Shown: one piece after another, positions 36,701-44,969 of the stretch
Layout: each line of letters opens with the position of its first letter
How positions within the stretch are numbered: position 1 is the stretch's first letter
Source of the DNA: Anaerolineales bacterium
Lineage (GTDB): Bacteria; Chloroflexota; Anaerolineae; Anaerolineales; UBA11579
NCBI GenBank assembly: GCA_035291465.1
Contig: DATDRZ010000129.1
Coordinates: forward strand, 34,656 to 98,655
DNA length: 64,000 nt
Reading direction: 5' to 3'
Notes under the pieces: model-generated
What the model was told of the DNA's origin: nothing
Databases searched by the model: none
What the model saw: only the letters and a program-made list of their open reading frames with translations
Made by a program: the position numbers and the translations under genes

Positions 36701-37963
36701 GGCGCGAATGTGTTTGAAGGGAACAACGATAATGGGCTGCTCATTGAATCCTTGGGCCCAATAACGGCGAGCAACCTGGCTGCCTCCCACAATGGCGGCT
36801 ATGGGGTTAGATTGGATAATGCAACCGGGATCGGGGCGATTGCTTTGACCGGCGCACAAAAATTTCAGCAGAATCAATCAAACGGGGTGGAGATTTATAG
36901 TAAAAGGGCCGTCACTATTAACAACCTGACATCCTCCCTCAATCTCCAGTACGGTGCCTTGATCGACAACAGCGCTTTCGGGCTTCCTTACGATGTGAAA
37001 CTCACCGGGACGAATTCGCTAAATGGAAATGGAGAATCAGGCCTGGAGCTGACCACATTAGGAGCAATCTATGTAAGTAATCTGACGGCCAGCGCTAACG
37101 GTCAGGATGTCGAAGCCGAATCTGGCTATGGCGCCTACCTTGATAACCAGACAGGCGCTTCCATCGCCAAGCCAATCACGATTGCAGGCATAAATACATT
37201 CAGCGATAACCGCTTGGACGGCCTGCGGGTTGTATCGCTTGGAATGATCAAGGCCAATTCGCTGACAGCGAATTGGAACAAGGGAATCGGCGTTTCGCTG
37301 AATAATGAGCCAGGCAGCAGTTCGGCGGGTGTTTACATTACGGGTAGCAATTACTTCGCAGGAAACACCGGCACGGGACTGAAGGTGGATAGCAAAGGCG
37401 TCATTGTTTTGGCTAATCTCACCGCGGAAGCGAACCTTGGCGGGGGTGTGAAGATCGACAATTCAACCTCCGACGCCTCCAACGGGGTGGCGATAACAGG
37501 CACCAGCAATTTCAATTTCAATGGGACGGCTGAGGCGGAAGGGTCCGGATTGGTGGTCGCCAGCCGGGGGAAGATTACGCTGAATAACGTGATGGCGAAT
37601 GAGAACTATGGGAAGGGAGTATTCCTTAACAATATGGGTTTCGCAATTGGCTCGCCTGGGGTTACTCTAACCGGCGTTAATACTTTTTCTGGTAATAGCG
37701 TTACAGGGTTGTTCATATTGTCGGCCGGCGACGTCAGTCTAAACAACGTTGCCGCAGATGGTAATACGGGCGACGGTGTGTACGTCGCCTCTCTGAAAAA
37801 TGTAACCCTGACGTGCGCCAGTATTACAACGAACGATGGCACTGGCTTGTTCATTTCGGCGCTTGTGGGCAAGGTTACTCTCAAGGGTGTCTTTGCCTAT
37901 GGCAATGATTATGAAAACAGGCACATATCCGCCGGGGATTTCGTAGAGGCGCGCAACTGTTAG
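33713..37963 (+). CDS. Secreted giant right-handed parallel beta-helix repeat protein (adhesin or surface-layer candidate)
   Basis: Signal peptide ...SFPAMA/EGDE, an acidic Pro-rich linker, a Cys-containing head domain, then about 21 tandem modules of roughly 50 aa matching G-L-x-[IV]-x-S-x-G-x-[IV]-T-[LI]-x-N-[LV]-x-A-x-x-N-x-x-x-G-A. Confidence 0.8.
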   Translation: MKALMSVRVLLGSMFSALILSAILSFPAMAEGDEPPSDPVPTAESDHAGEPLTEEGEEVQTMETVPAIVDNPGGTGESGTAGGTESQDEIGPAGDSGDTPLLPAEIPTDMGLIVVAEDGTPLPLASEEAAELIEVIDPRWCPVGVTPGGASCTAPYTSLWLLIKAIADGDIPEPSTNGVIWIQAGEDQSNFDIVMDGNAAHFTNWAKYQLTLKGGWSGGNNTSINISNPSVFDQSISILNWGNYVGLSDITFDGGGLEISTTGKVTLTRVHVKNGSGAEIDNDAGIQDVVITSSEFSDNTGAGLTVFSKGAITLNNVSAINNAGDGANLNNAGGVAKAVTLNGTNIFAENEGSGLVIRSKGAITINNLIANANGAYGADLANDTASTAQPVYLKYSNEFKYNGSTGLLINSVGTVTLTKITAIHNSGDGTLIDNTGPFYANVTINGVNQFSYNGTDGLVVSSSGNITLYNVSATNNGLGGVCGSGAILDNSSVAFPKSVVLKGANTFGLNLDDGLVIDSYGAITINNLIASGIENGSGALLNNRIQATNQQNVTLTGLTVADDNGGFGLQISSFGNVSIGKLAASRNGETGLEIVNDAGIYPRNVLLAGGAMLNENSGTGLDVTSAGAITVTSLLANGNGLAGASLDNSPGKAPVTIKGINGFSGNLGGRGLEVSSQGNITLYNFVASDNSGDGVYLNNGFSGATGNVSIVTSVAKWCNEANWNAGSGISIKSNGAVAASNLCAEGNGSIATPGYGALIDNHNALGIKSVTLTGGNSFTQNYTGGIKILSAGAMKLTNITASQSIKGPGAEFNNTHSGVISPQLISISGTNSFSANYGNGLTILSYGAISASNLNASSNGANDGSGYGARIDNCGAVEGACTAQLARPVTLTGQNSFNLNSEYGLTLSSLGAITVNKVRAQLNDESGAEIKNDFPGATAGITIVGFAIFNENEVNGLEIASRGFVSLANLQASENGAFGATVSNLNSPFSKGITLLGANVFEGNNDNGLLIESLGPITASNLAASHNGGYGVRLDNATGIGAIALTGAQKFQQNQSNGVEIYSKRAVTINNLTSSLNLQYGALIDNSAFGLPYDVKLTGTNSLNGNGESGLELTTLGAIYVSNLTASANGQDVEAESGYGAYLDNQTGASIAKPITIAGINTFSDNRLDGLRVVSLGMIKANSLTANWNKGIGVSLNNEPGSSSAGVYITGSNYFAGNTGTGLKVDSKGVIVLANLTAEANLGGGVKIDNSTSDASNGVAITGTSNFNFNGTAEAEGSGLVVASRGKITLNNVMANENYGKGVFLNNMGFAIGSPGVTLTGVNTFSGNSVTGLFILSAGDVSLNNVAADGNTGDGVYVASLKNVTLTCASITTNDGTGLFISALVGKVTLKGVFAYGNDYENRHISAGDFVEARNC
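34500..37900 (+). repeat. Degenerate tandem coding repeats (about 150 bp / 50 aa modules, about 21 copies) inside the giant gene
   Basis: Modules are readable in the translation (LTVFSKGAITLNNVSAINNAGDGANLNN..., LVIRSKGAITINNLIANANGAYGADLAN..., and so on). They are divergent at the DNA level. Confidence 0.7.
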
Positions 37964-37991
37964 GTTCTGCGCCGAAGCTTTGCTTGGGATA

Positions 37992-38024
37992 AATGGGGCG
38001 ACCGAAAAGGCGCCCCATTATTTC
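37992..38024. terminator. Bidirectional terminator between convergent genes
   Basis: aatggggcg-accgaaaagg-cgccccatt with A/T-rich flanks on both sides. Confidence 0.65.
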
Positions 38025-38080
38025 ACTACCTTGAAGATACAAGCGCTGAATATTCGCCCCTCGTGTTTGTTTAATGCGTA

Positions 38081-38485
38081 TCAACTTGCGATTGCTAATC
38101 CACGCCTCAATGCCAAAAGGGCTGCCAAACCCGCGCTTGCCCCCAATGCCAACAAAGGAGCCTGCCAGCCTTGCACAGCGGACCAGAGCAGGATCAGCAA
38201 CATGGCAAAGCTCGCGTAGGACCAGCTCAGGCCCGGCCGGAGCTGGTTTCTCGAGGCCCTTGATGCGGACAGGGTTGCCACGATAAAGCTGGCCAGCAGA
38301 ACCAGACCATTAACCCACACTGGCATTGGTAAGGCAAAAGTCGCCGTCAAATAAAGGATAGAGAAAAAAACCAGGAAAGCGCCTTCTACTAGAGTCTGAA
38401 CGCGGCTGGCCGCCCGGCCCAGCAGCCCGGCGAACCCGAAGTGAACAATCAGCAAAGCCAACAAAGAGATGGTGTCAGAGAACAC
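38081..38485 (-). CDS. Hypothetical 4-TM membrane protein
   Basis: GTG start preceded by GGAGG. 134 aa and strongly hydrophobic. Confidence 0.55.
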   Translation of the reverse strand: MFSDTISLLALLIVHFGFAGLLGRAASRVQTLVEGAFLVFFSILYLTATFALPMPVWVNGLVLLASFIVATLSASRASRNQLRPGLSWSYASFAMLLILLWSAVQGWQAPLLALGASAGLAALLALRRGLAIAS

Positions 38486-38562
38486 GGCATACCTCCAGCA
38501 TAGCAGGAACTTGCAGGATTTATGCCTGTTTCGTTAGATAGTTGGATCTCGGTCTTTGGTGG

Positions 38563-39069
38563 TTAAGACGTGCGGGCGATAGCGGTGAACACAAGGACCA
38601 GCAACGCCAGAAAAAGGTTAAGGCCGATGAATTGCTGCAAGCGGGCTTGCCAGTATTGCTCGGAACCATCGCGGATGCCGCGGGCCTGCTTGAGTGCCGA
38701 GCGCTGGACCTCAGGGGCTACTTTCCAGGTCACGTAGGCGGAAACCGCGATCATGCCAACGAAGACAATGTGCTTAAATAGAATTGCTTGCGACCAGGCA
38801 TTCGAAACCGCCAGGAGACCTACGTAGCTGGGATTGGCCTCCATTTGCACGAGACCAGTGAAGGTCAGCAAGCCCAGGCTGAACCACCCGATGGGGTCAA
38901 GCCGTTTGTTCAAGGTTGTAAGCCAGTTGGCAAAGACGCGCGGCTTCAGGCTGCGCCGCAGGGTTGGCAGCACGATGAGCGCCAGAGCTGCCAATCCGCC
39001 CACCCAGATCACCGTCGCCAGCATATGCAGCCAGAATGCCAGAGGCAGTGCCCAAGCGGGGAATGGCAT
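38563..39069 (-). CDS. Integral membrane protein, CopD-like/DUF-type
   Basis: WLHMLATVIWVGGLAALALIVLP resembles the first helix of the CopD family. 4 TM helices. The start abuts the upstream stop. Confidence 0.5.
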   Translation of the reverse strand: MPFPAWALPLAFWLHMLATVIWVGGLAALALIVLPTLRRSLKPRVFANWLTTLNKRLDPIGWFSLGLLTFTGLVQMEANPSYVGLLAVSNAWSQAILFKHIVFVGMIAVSAYVTWKVAPEVQRSALKQARGIRDGSEQYWQARLQQFIGLNLFLALLVLVFTAIARTS

Positions 39070-40164
39070 CTATGCGGGGGGTGTCGGTGTTTCTATTTGG
39101 CCCGGTTCTTCGGTCGCTTCACCACCCGAAGTATCTGAAGGACCTTGGCAAATTTCAATGTAATTGACCCACAGTGCTTGTGCCTCTGGGTCCAGCGGAC
39201 TGTAAGCGTTGGCCTGGTCCATCGCGTCGGCAGCCGCGCACCACTGTTTGTCGCGCGCGTAACGTTCAGCTTGCGCGATCAGCTCCAGGGAGAGACCGGC
39301 TCTGGCCTGCGTCAGGCGGTCTATTGCGCTGAAGAAACTGGTATCGTGCAATTGGGGAGCTGCGCCCGCCGGCCCGGCCAGATATTCGAAGTATTGGACC
39401 GCTTGGGTCCAATCCACTTCCCAGAAGCTGGTCCCAATGATGTACCACACCGCCCACTGGCGCACCTTCTCGGCCGTCTCGTCGAGCGGGCCGATTTGCT
39501 CAGCACGGTTGAGATCGAAGATGCCGCGCTCCAGGTCGCCAACTGGCGGCATGATGCGCTGGACGCCGCGGTTGCGATAAGCGATGTAGTAAAGGCGGTC
39601 TACTTCAATGGCGTGGAAATCGGGGAAATTCTTGCGCAGTGTATCCAGCGACGGCAAAAGGGCGTCCCAGTTTTGAGCACTGAGCAGAGTTTGCGCTTCC
39701 GCGAAGATCGTTTCTGCGTCGCGCAGATCCGGGGTTGGGGTCGGCCCTGCAGTAACCTCGGCGGCTTGCGTTGCGCCGGCATCTGCGCACAGCGAAGCCA
39801 GGATCAGTTGATCCTGGGCCTCGGGGTAATCTGGAACGAGTTGGATGACGTATACAAAGCGATCGCGTGCACGCGTGCAAAAGCCTTTCTTCAGGTCTTC
39901 CACGCCTAGTTGGAACTGGAAGTTGGCCTCAACCGCACTTTGCAAGGCTTGTTGAGACTTGCGCGCCGAAACGGCCGTCTGATATCCACTCCAGGCGCCG
40001 AGGCCCAAAAGCAGCACAAACAAACCTAACCCCGCCAATATCCAGCGCCAGCGTTTTGGCCCCTTCGTTGACTCGACACGCTGAGTGGCTGCCAAATCCT
40101 GCGGCTTCTTATCCTTTTTTGGCGCAGCGGGGACTGTGCCTTCGATGGATTCCGGATTGGACAC
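39070..40164 (-). CDS. Single-pass membrane protein with a helical (TPR-like) extracytoplasmic domain
   Basis: Basic N-terminal tail, TM helix WILAGLGLFVLLLGLGAW, then about 300 aa that are helix-rich. GTG start. Confidence 0.55.
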   Translation of the reverse strand: MSNPESIEGTVPAAPKKDKKPQDLAATQRVESTKGPKRWRWILAGLGLFVLLLGLGAWSGYQTAVSARKSQQALQSAVEANFQFQLGVEDLKKGFCTRARDRFVYVIQLVPDYPEAQDQLILASLCADAGATQAAEVTAGPTPTPDLRDAETIFAEAQTLLSAQNWDALLPSLDTLRKNFPDFHAIEVDRLYYIAYRNRGVQRIMPPVGDLERGIFDLNRAEQIGPLDETAEKVRQWAVWYIIGTSFWEVDWTQAVQYFEYLAGPAGAAPQLHDTSFFSAIDRLTQARAGLSLELIAQAERYARDKQWCAAADAMDQANAYSPLDPEAQALWVNYIEICQGPSDTSGGEATEEPGQIETPTPPA

Positions 40165-40171
40165 GGCTGAA

Positions 40172-40177
40172 ATTATA
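40172..40177 (-). promoter_or_regulatory. -10 box TATAAT, 7 nt upstream of the GTG start (leaderless)
   Basis: Minus strand reads AGGTATAAT-TTCAGCC-GTG, the same context as the yqeY promoter. Confidence 0.45.
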
Positions 40178-40240
40178 CCTACCGCAGGCTTCTGACTTAG
40201 GGCGCCTATTAGCTGGAGATTAGAGATCGAAAAATGGCTA

Positions 40241-40474
40241 TTAAACTTCCTTCAGCGCGTCGAGCAAAGCTGCATATTCTTCGTTGCAGCTCTGGCAATT
40301 CTCCAGGTGCAGACGGACCAGCGGAAGCAAAGTGGCCGCATCCTCTCCCTGGGATTCCAACTCGGCGAGCAGACCCAATTCCTCGCAGCAGGTCTCGCAT
40401 CCTAATTCTTCGGGGCGCGTGGTCAGGATGCGGTGGAGTAAATTCGTTAAACTTTCGGCTTGGATCTCTGTCAT
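40241..40474 (-). CDS. Small soluble zinc-finger (ZAS, HxxxCxxC) anti-sigma factor
   Basis: 77 aa with HLENCQSC and an additional CETCC. No TM segment. Directly downstream of the ECF sigma gene. Confidence 0.65.
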   Translation of the reverse strand: MTEIQAESLTNLLHRILTTRPEELGCETCCEELGLLAELESQGEDAATLLPLVRLHLENCQSCNEEYAALLDALKEV

Positions 40475-40516
40475 CTCGTTACATCCTACTGACGCACATC
40501 TCGGTCAGCGTATTAC

Positions 40517-41176
40517 CTATGCTTCCTCGAAGAAAGACAACAGTTCCTGGGTGGAAAGCCCGGTCTTTTCTTCCAGGCGCCGTTTCAACTTCTGGCGGGC
40601 ATCGTGGAGCAATTTGTAGAGCGCATTAGGGTTGGTACCCATGCGCTCAGCGACGACAGGTAACGGGAAACCACCCTGGACGATGGACAAAAGGGCAGTG
40701 CGCTGCTTTTCGGTGAGGTCATTGAAGATCAGGCTTTCCACGTTATGGAGTAGATCAGCTCGAGCGGATAGAGCCTCGGGCGAGGAATTTGGCGAAGCGA
40801 GCAGCTCAGGAGTAAACTCGCCACCATCTTGTCTCCGGGTGAAGGTTTGGAGTGGGACATCCTTCCAGCGGCGGCGGCGGAGTTCCGAAAAGGCGACATG
40901 GACGGCGATGCGCTGCGCCCAGGTGGTGAAGCGGCTCTCCCCGCGAAACGTTTCCAGGCTGGCCAGGATTTTGAGCAATGCTTCTTGCGCAAAATCTTCG
41001 GCCAGCGCGTCCACGTCGCCGTTGACGCGAGCAGCCAGGGCCGCGCGCAAACCGCGCAATAGCAAGGCGCGTAGTTCTTCCAGCGCTTCCGGTGATGCAG
41101 GTTCACGCAGGGCCTGCAACCAATCCTGGTTCGTTCGCGTTTTTACGGTTTGCTGTTCCACGGGATGGGGAATCAT
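40517..41176 (-). CDS. ECF-type RNA polymerase sigma factor
   Basis: Region 2 (DFAQEALLKILASLETFRGESRFTTWAQRIAVHV) and a region 4 HTH (LTEKQRTALLSIVQGGFPLPVVAERMG). Confidence 0.9.
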   Translation of the reverse strand: MIPHPVEQQTVKTRTNQDWLQALREPASPEALEELRALLLRGLRAALAARVNGDVDALAEDFAQEALLKILASLETFRGESRFTTWAQRIAVHVAFSELRRRRWKDVPLQTFTRRQDGGEFTPELLASPNSSPEALSARADLLHNVESLIFNDLTEKQRTALLSIVQGGFPLPVVAERMGTNPNALYKLLHDARQKLKRRLEEKTGLSTQELLSFFEEA

Positions 41177-41203
41177 ACCATCCGGGCAAGCTTAGATTAG
41201 GCC

Positions 41204-42820
41204 TTAGTCCCAGGCGGGGCCAAAACAGGATAATTCTTCTCCTGAAAACGTGAAAGTATTTCCTTCCGTGATTTCGATTATTGGGAAACCTGGATCAGCT
41301 TTCAAAAAGTTCCATGAAGACAACGCGGCCTGCCGGGATCTGTTCCACGATTGCCAGGGAGTTTCACCCGGTTGGTTGACGATCTTGAAATGGCAAGTCA
41401 AAGTTGTCGCCAACTGCTGGGTTAACTGTGAGTCCTCATCAAGCCGAGATTGTCGATAAGCGGATTCTAAAGCCGGAACTGCGTCATCCGATAATGTGCC
41501 CAGATACGCATAGTCCAATTTTCCGGACCCGCTGCCCGGGTCGGACACGCTAAATTGCTGACCCGCGTGAATCAAGCCAATGTTTTGACGGACTATGAAG
41601 GCGTCCACGTTGAGCAAGGATAGGGTTGCTGAAAAGCCAACCGCCGCACTTAGTGTTGCAAGAGCAAATGCCCGCTGTCGGCCAAGGGCTTCCAGGATCA
41701 CAATCGCCAGGAGCAGCAACCCGAGCCAGATCATGAATACGTGCGGGTAGGTGCGCAGGCGGGTGAAGCCATAAACGCGTTCGTAGAGCAGCAAGCGTTC
41801 GAACGCTGAAGCCAAGATCACAGCCGCTAGTGCAAAAAGGGCAATGCCCAGTCCGGAAAACCATCGTCGCTGGCTGGCGGTATCACGTTTGCTGATCCCG
41901 CTCAGGGCAATGAAGAACACCAGGGAAGTGAGAGAGACGGCGACTAATTCCCAGAATCCACGCACGGCATATTCGGAGTAAGTGAATCCCGTAGGTGTGT
42001 CCACGATGTTGGTCGTGCCGCCGAAGAAGTAGTTGAACTGAAATACCACAAACGCAGCGAAAAGAATATTCACCGAGCTCAGCATCGTCGTAGATTCCCC
42101 GAAACCAAGAACAGGCGCGATAATTGGCTTCTCTTCTCCCAGTAGCACTTGCTTGTGACTCCGGTTGAATGCAAACATATACACCCCAGCTAACCCATAA
42201 GCCAGGATCAAGATATAGAAACCGCGGAATACATACTCAACTGCGTTGTCGATTTCGAGGAAACTGAATATAGAATCGAGCCAATCGGCAAAGGCAGGGT
42301 CGGCTGAGGCGAGCAATACTGCCAGGAACCACAACAATGGCAGGGCGAAGAGCAAGCCGCGGAATACCGGCGCCAGAGATCGAACACTGAACCGGTTCCC
42401 TTTTTGATTGGTTTCTTTTCCGGCCGTTTCCTTGAGCAAACCCAAACCGGAGGGAACCAGGCCCAGTATCTTGGCTATGTAATCCATAAAACCATAACGG
42501 ACCCATTGGCCGCCCAGGAAACTGAGGGCGAAAATAGCCAGAAGCACGAATACCAGGATTATGCTGGTCAAGCGGGTGAACGGCTCCAAACGCAGCGCAG
42601 GTACGAGGGAGAAAAAGGCGATGGGGGCCAGCAGCCAGACGGCACCGGGCGATGGCTTTAGCCCCGCCCGGCGAGCCATCCAGAGGCCGATGACAACCAT
42701 GAGAAATGTGAATATTGGCAGGGATATGCCCACTGCCTTCTGCCAGAAGAGGAAATCGAAAATCCAGCCTAATGCCAGGGAAATGAGCAAAAGGTTTTGC
42801 GGACGGACAGGCTTAGCCAT
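41204..42820 (-). CDS. Polytopic membrane protein (DUF4173/DUF4153-like)
   Basis: At least 10 TM helices. ATG 42820 is preceded by GGAGG-tatac. The listed start at 42865 is an overextension. Confidence 0.65.
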   Translation of the reverse strand: MAKPVRPQNLLLISLALGWIFDFLFWQKAVGISLPIFTFLMVVIGLWMARRAGLKPSPGAVWLLAPIAFFSLVPALRLEPFTRLTSIILVFVLLAIFALSFLGGQWVRYGFMDYIAKILGLVPSGLGLLKETAGKETNQKGNRFSVRSLAPVFRGLLFALPLLWFLAVLLASADPAFADWLDSIFSFLEIDNAVEYVFRGFYILILAYGLAGVYMFAFNRSHKQVLLGEEKPIIAPVLGFGESTTMLSSVNILFAAFVVFQFNYFFGGTTNIVDTPTGFTYSEYAVRGFWELVAVSLTSLVFFIALSGISKRDTASQRRWFSGLGIALFALAAVILASAFERLLLYERVYGFTRLRTYPHVFMIWLGLLLLAIVILEALGRQRAFALATLSAAVGFSATLSLLNVDAFIVRQNIGLIHAGQQFSVSDPGSGSGKLDYAYLGTLSDDAVPALESAYRQSRLDEDSQLTQQLATTLTCHFKIVNQPGETPWQSWNRSRQAALSSWNFLKADPGFPIIEITEGNTFTFSGEELSCFGPAWD

Positions 42821-42908
42821 GTATACCTCCGTGGGGCCGCCAAAGCGGTTGCCCGGGTTGGGCAATTTATTCCCCCATGGCCTGTCAAAAGCTATCAGGA
42901 ATTATCGA

Positions 42909-43016
42909 TTAGTAGCTGTAGATCGCGCCTAGGATCATGGTAGCGATCACAAGCAGCGCGATGGCAGCAAAGATAATTTGGCTGATGTTGGTTTTTTGTC
43001 GTTTGCCTTTTGCCAT
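42909..43016 (-). CDS. 35-aa single-TM small protein (MAKGKRQKTNISQIIFAAIALLVIATMILGAIYSY)
   Basis: Not in the ORF track (shorter than 60 aa). SD AGGTGA lies 4 nt upstream. Basic N-terminus followed by one hydrophobic helix. Confidence 0.45.
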   Translation of the reverse strand: MAKGKRQKTNISQIIFAAIALLVIATMILGAIYSY

Positions 43017-43042
43017 AAATTCACCTGAGGATGATGCAGAGT

Positions 43043-44905
43043 TTACTCTAAATGCGCTTTGATGGATTCGGCCAATGAGGGCGTCACGCCGGGAACCGTG
43101 GCGAGCTGCTCGATGGGGGCCAGGCGCAGACCATCAATGGACCCAAAGGCTTTGAGCAGCGCGCGCCGCCGCTTGGGACCAATTCCCGGGATCTCGTCCA
43201 ATTGCGAAGCGATGCCGCTCTTGGTTCGCCGTGCGCGGTGCGCGGTGATGGCGAAACGATGCGCTTCGTCACGGATGCGTTGGAGCAAAAAGAGCCCTTG
43301 CGACGAACGCGGCAGCAGGATGCCGCGTTCCTGCCCTGGCGTGAACAATTCCTCGCTATGTTTGGCGAGCGCGGCCAACGGCACTTTGTCTGTTAGCCCG
43401 AATTCCTTGAACACGACTTCGGCGCGGCCCAGCTGACCTTTGCCGCCATCGACGATAACTAGATCCGGCAACTTGGAGAACGCCGCATCTGGTTTCTTTC
43501 CAGGTACCGGGCTGCTTTCATCCGCAGCCTGCCAGCGTTTGAAGCGGCGCGTGAGCACCTCCTGCATGCTGGCGAAGTCGTCTGGGCCTACCACGCTTTT
43601 AATATTGAAGCGGCGGTAAAGCTTGTTGTTGGCCACACCGCGCTCGAAGACCACCATGCTGCCCACCGCGGCAGTGCCCTGTGTGTTCGAGATGTCATAG
43701 CATTCGATGCGCTCCGGCGCGCGCGGCAGCCTGAGCGCTTGCTGGATCTCAGCCAGTGCTTCGGTCTGGCGGTGTGTGTCCGCCTGCCATTGGGCTTGCA
43801 TTGCGGCGAGGGTCTCGGCCGCGTTTTCAGCCGCCATGTTGATCAATTCATGTTTTTGTCCGCTATGCGGGATCTTGATCTCCACGCCGCCGTCGCCGCG
43901 ACGTTTGCTGAGCCACTGGCGGATCACCTGCGCTTCTTCGACTTCATGAGGGAGCAACACTTCGGGCGGTACATTGGCTGCCTGGTCGTAATACTGCTTG
44001 ATGAACTCGGCCATCACATCTGCATCCGCAGTGTCGGCGGTGTTTTCCATCATGAAATATTCTCGTCCAATGAGCTTGCCGTTGCGGATAAAGAAAACTT
44101 GCACGCAGGCTTCACGATCCGAACGCGCCATGGCGATTACATCCGAGTCGGCGTAGTCGCTGGAGACGACGCGCTGGCGTTCAACAATGCTCTCGATCGC
44201 TTCCAGCTGATCGCGAATAGCTGCCGCCTTCTCGAACCGTAGCTCGGCGGAAGCTTGCTCCATCTCAGTATTCAGACGCGACACAATCGATTCAGTACGC
44301 CCATTGAGAAAATCGCACAGGTCGGAAATCATTTGACGATAGCTAGCCTGATCGATCTTGCCGATACAAGGCGCGGTGCACAGCTTGATGTCGTAGTACA
44401 AGCAGGCGCGCTCATCTTGGCCGGTGATCACACGATCGCAGGTGAGGTAAGGAAAGATGCGGCGCAGTAAATCCAGGGTCTTATGCACGGCCCAGACGCT
44501 GGTGTAGGGTCCGAAATAGCGAGAGCCATCGTCATCCATTCGGCGGGTCACGGTCACCTTAGGGAAAGGGTCGGCCCAGTGAACCTTGACGTATGGGTAG
44601 CGTTTGTCGTCTTTCAGGCGAATGTTGTAATGCGGACGGTGCTTCTTGATCAGATTCATTTCCAGAATGAGCGCCTCAAGTTCGGAGGCGACCACGATCC
44701 ATTCAATGTCCGTGATTTGCTGGACCAGGTGATAGGTCTTGGCATCCATCTCTGCCGCACTATGAAAATACGAGCGCACGCGACTGCGCAGGTTGACCGC
44801 CTTGCCGATATAGATCACCCGCCCACTGGCGTCCTTCATCAAATAGCAGCCGGTTTTATTTGGCAGCGTATCGAGTTGGGCTTGGATGTTCTCTGGAAGC
44901 ACCAT
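43043..44905 (-). CDS. uvrC: Excinuclease ABC subunit C
   Basis: GIY-YIG N-terminus (GCYLMKD...VIYIGKAVNLRSR), UVR domain and C-terminal HhH. Confidence 0.95.
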   Translation of the reverse strand: MVLPENIQAQLDTLPNKTGCYLMKDASGRVIYIGKAVNLRSRVRSYFHSAAEMDAKTYHLVQQITDIEWIVVASELEALILEMNLIKKHRPHYNIRLKDDKRYPYVKVHWADPFPKVTVTRRMDDDGSRYFGPYTSVWAVHKTLDLLRRIFPYLTCDRVITGQDERACLYYDIKLCTAPCIGKIDQASYRQMISDLCDFLNGRTESIVSRLNTEMEQASAELRFEKAAAIRDQLEAIESIVERQRVVSSDYADSDVIAMARSDREACVQVFFIRNGKLIGREYFMMENTADTADADVMAEFIKQYYDQAANVPPEVLLPHEVEEAQVIRQWLSKRRGDGGVEIKIPHSGQKHELINMAAENAAETLAAMQAQWQADTHRQTEALAEIQQALRLPRAPERIECYDISNTQGTAAVGSMVVFERGVANNKLYRRFNIKSVVGPDDFASMQEVLTRRFKRWQAADESSPVPGKKPDAAFSKLPDLVIVDGGKGQLGRAEVVFKEFGLTDKVPLAALAKHSEELFTPGQERGILLPRSSQGLFLLQRIRDEAHRFAITAHRARRTKSGIASQLDEIPGIGPKRRRALLKAFGSIDGLRLAPIEQLATVPGVTPSLAESIKAHLE

Positions 44906-44914
44906 CGCACAGAT

Positions 44915-44920
44915 ATTCTA
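44915..44920 (-). promoter_or_regulatory. -10 box TAGAAT, 9 nt upstream of the uvrC ATG (leaderless-type)
   Basis: Minus strand reads TTGCCA-15-TAGAAT-ATCTGTGCG-ATG. Confidence 0.4.
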
Positions 44921-44969
44921 TCAAAGAGAATGGATTGGCAAGTTACCCGTATAATCTCGGTTTAACCCT

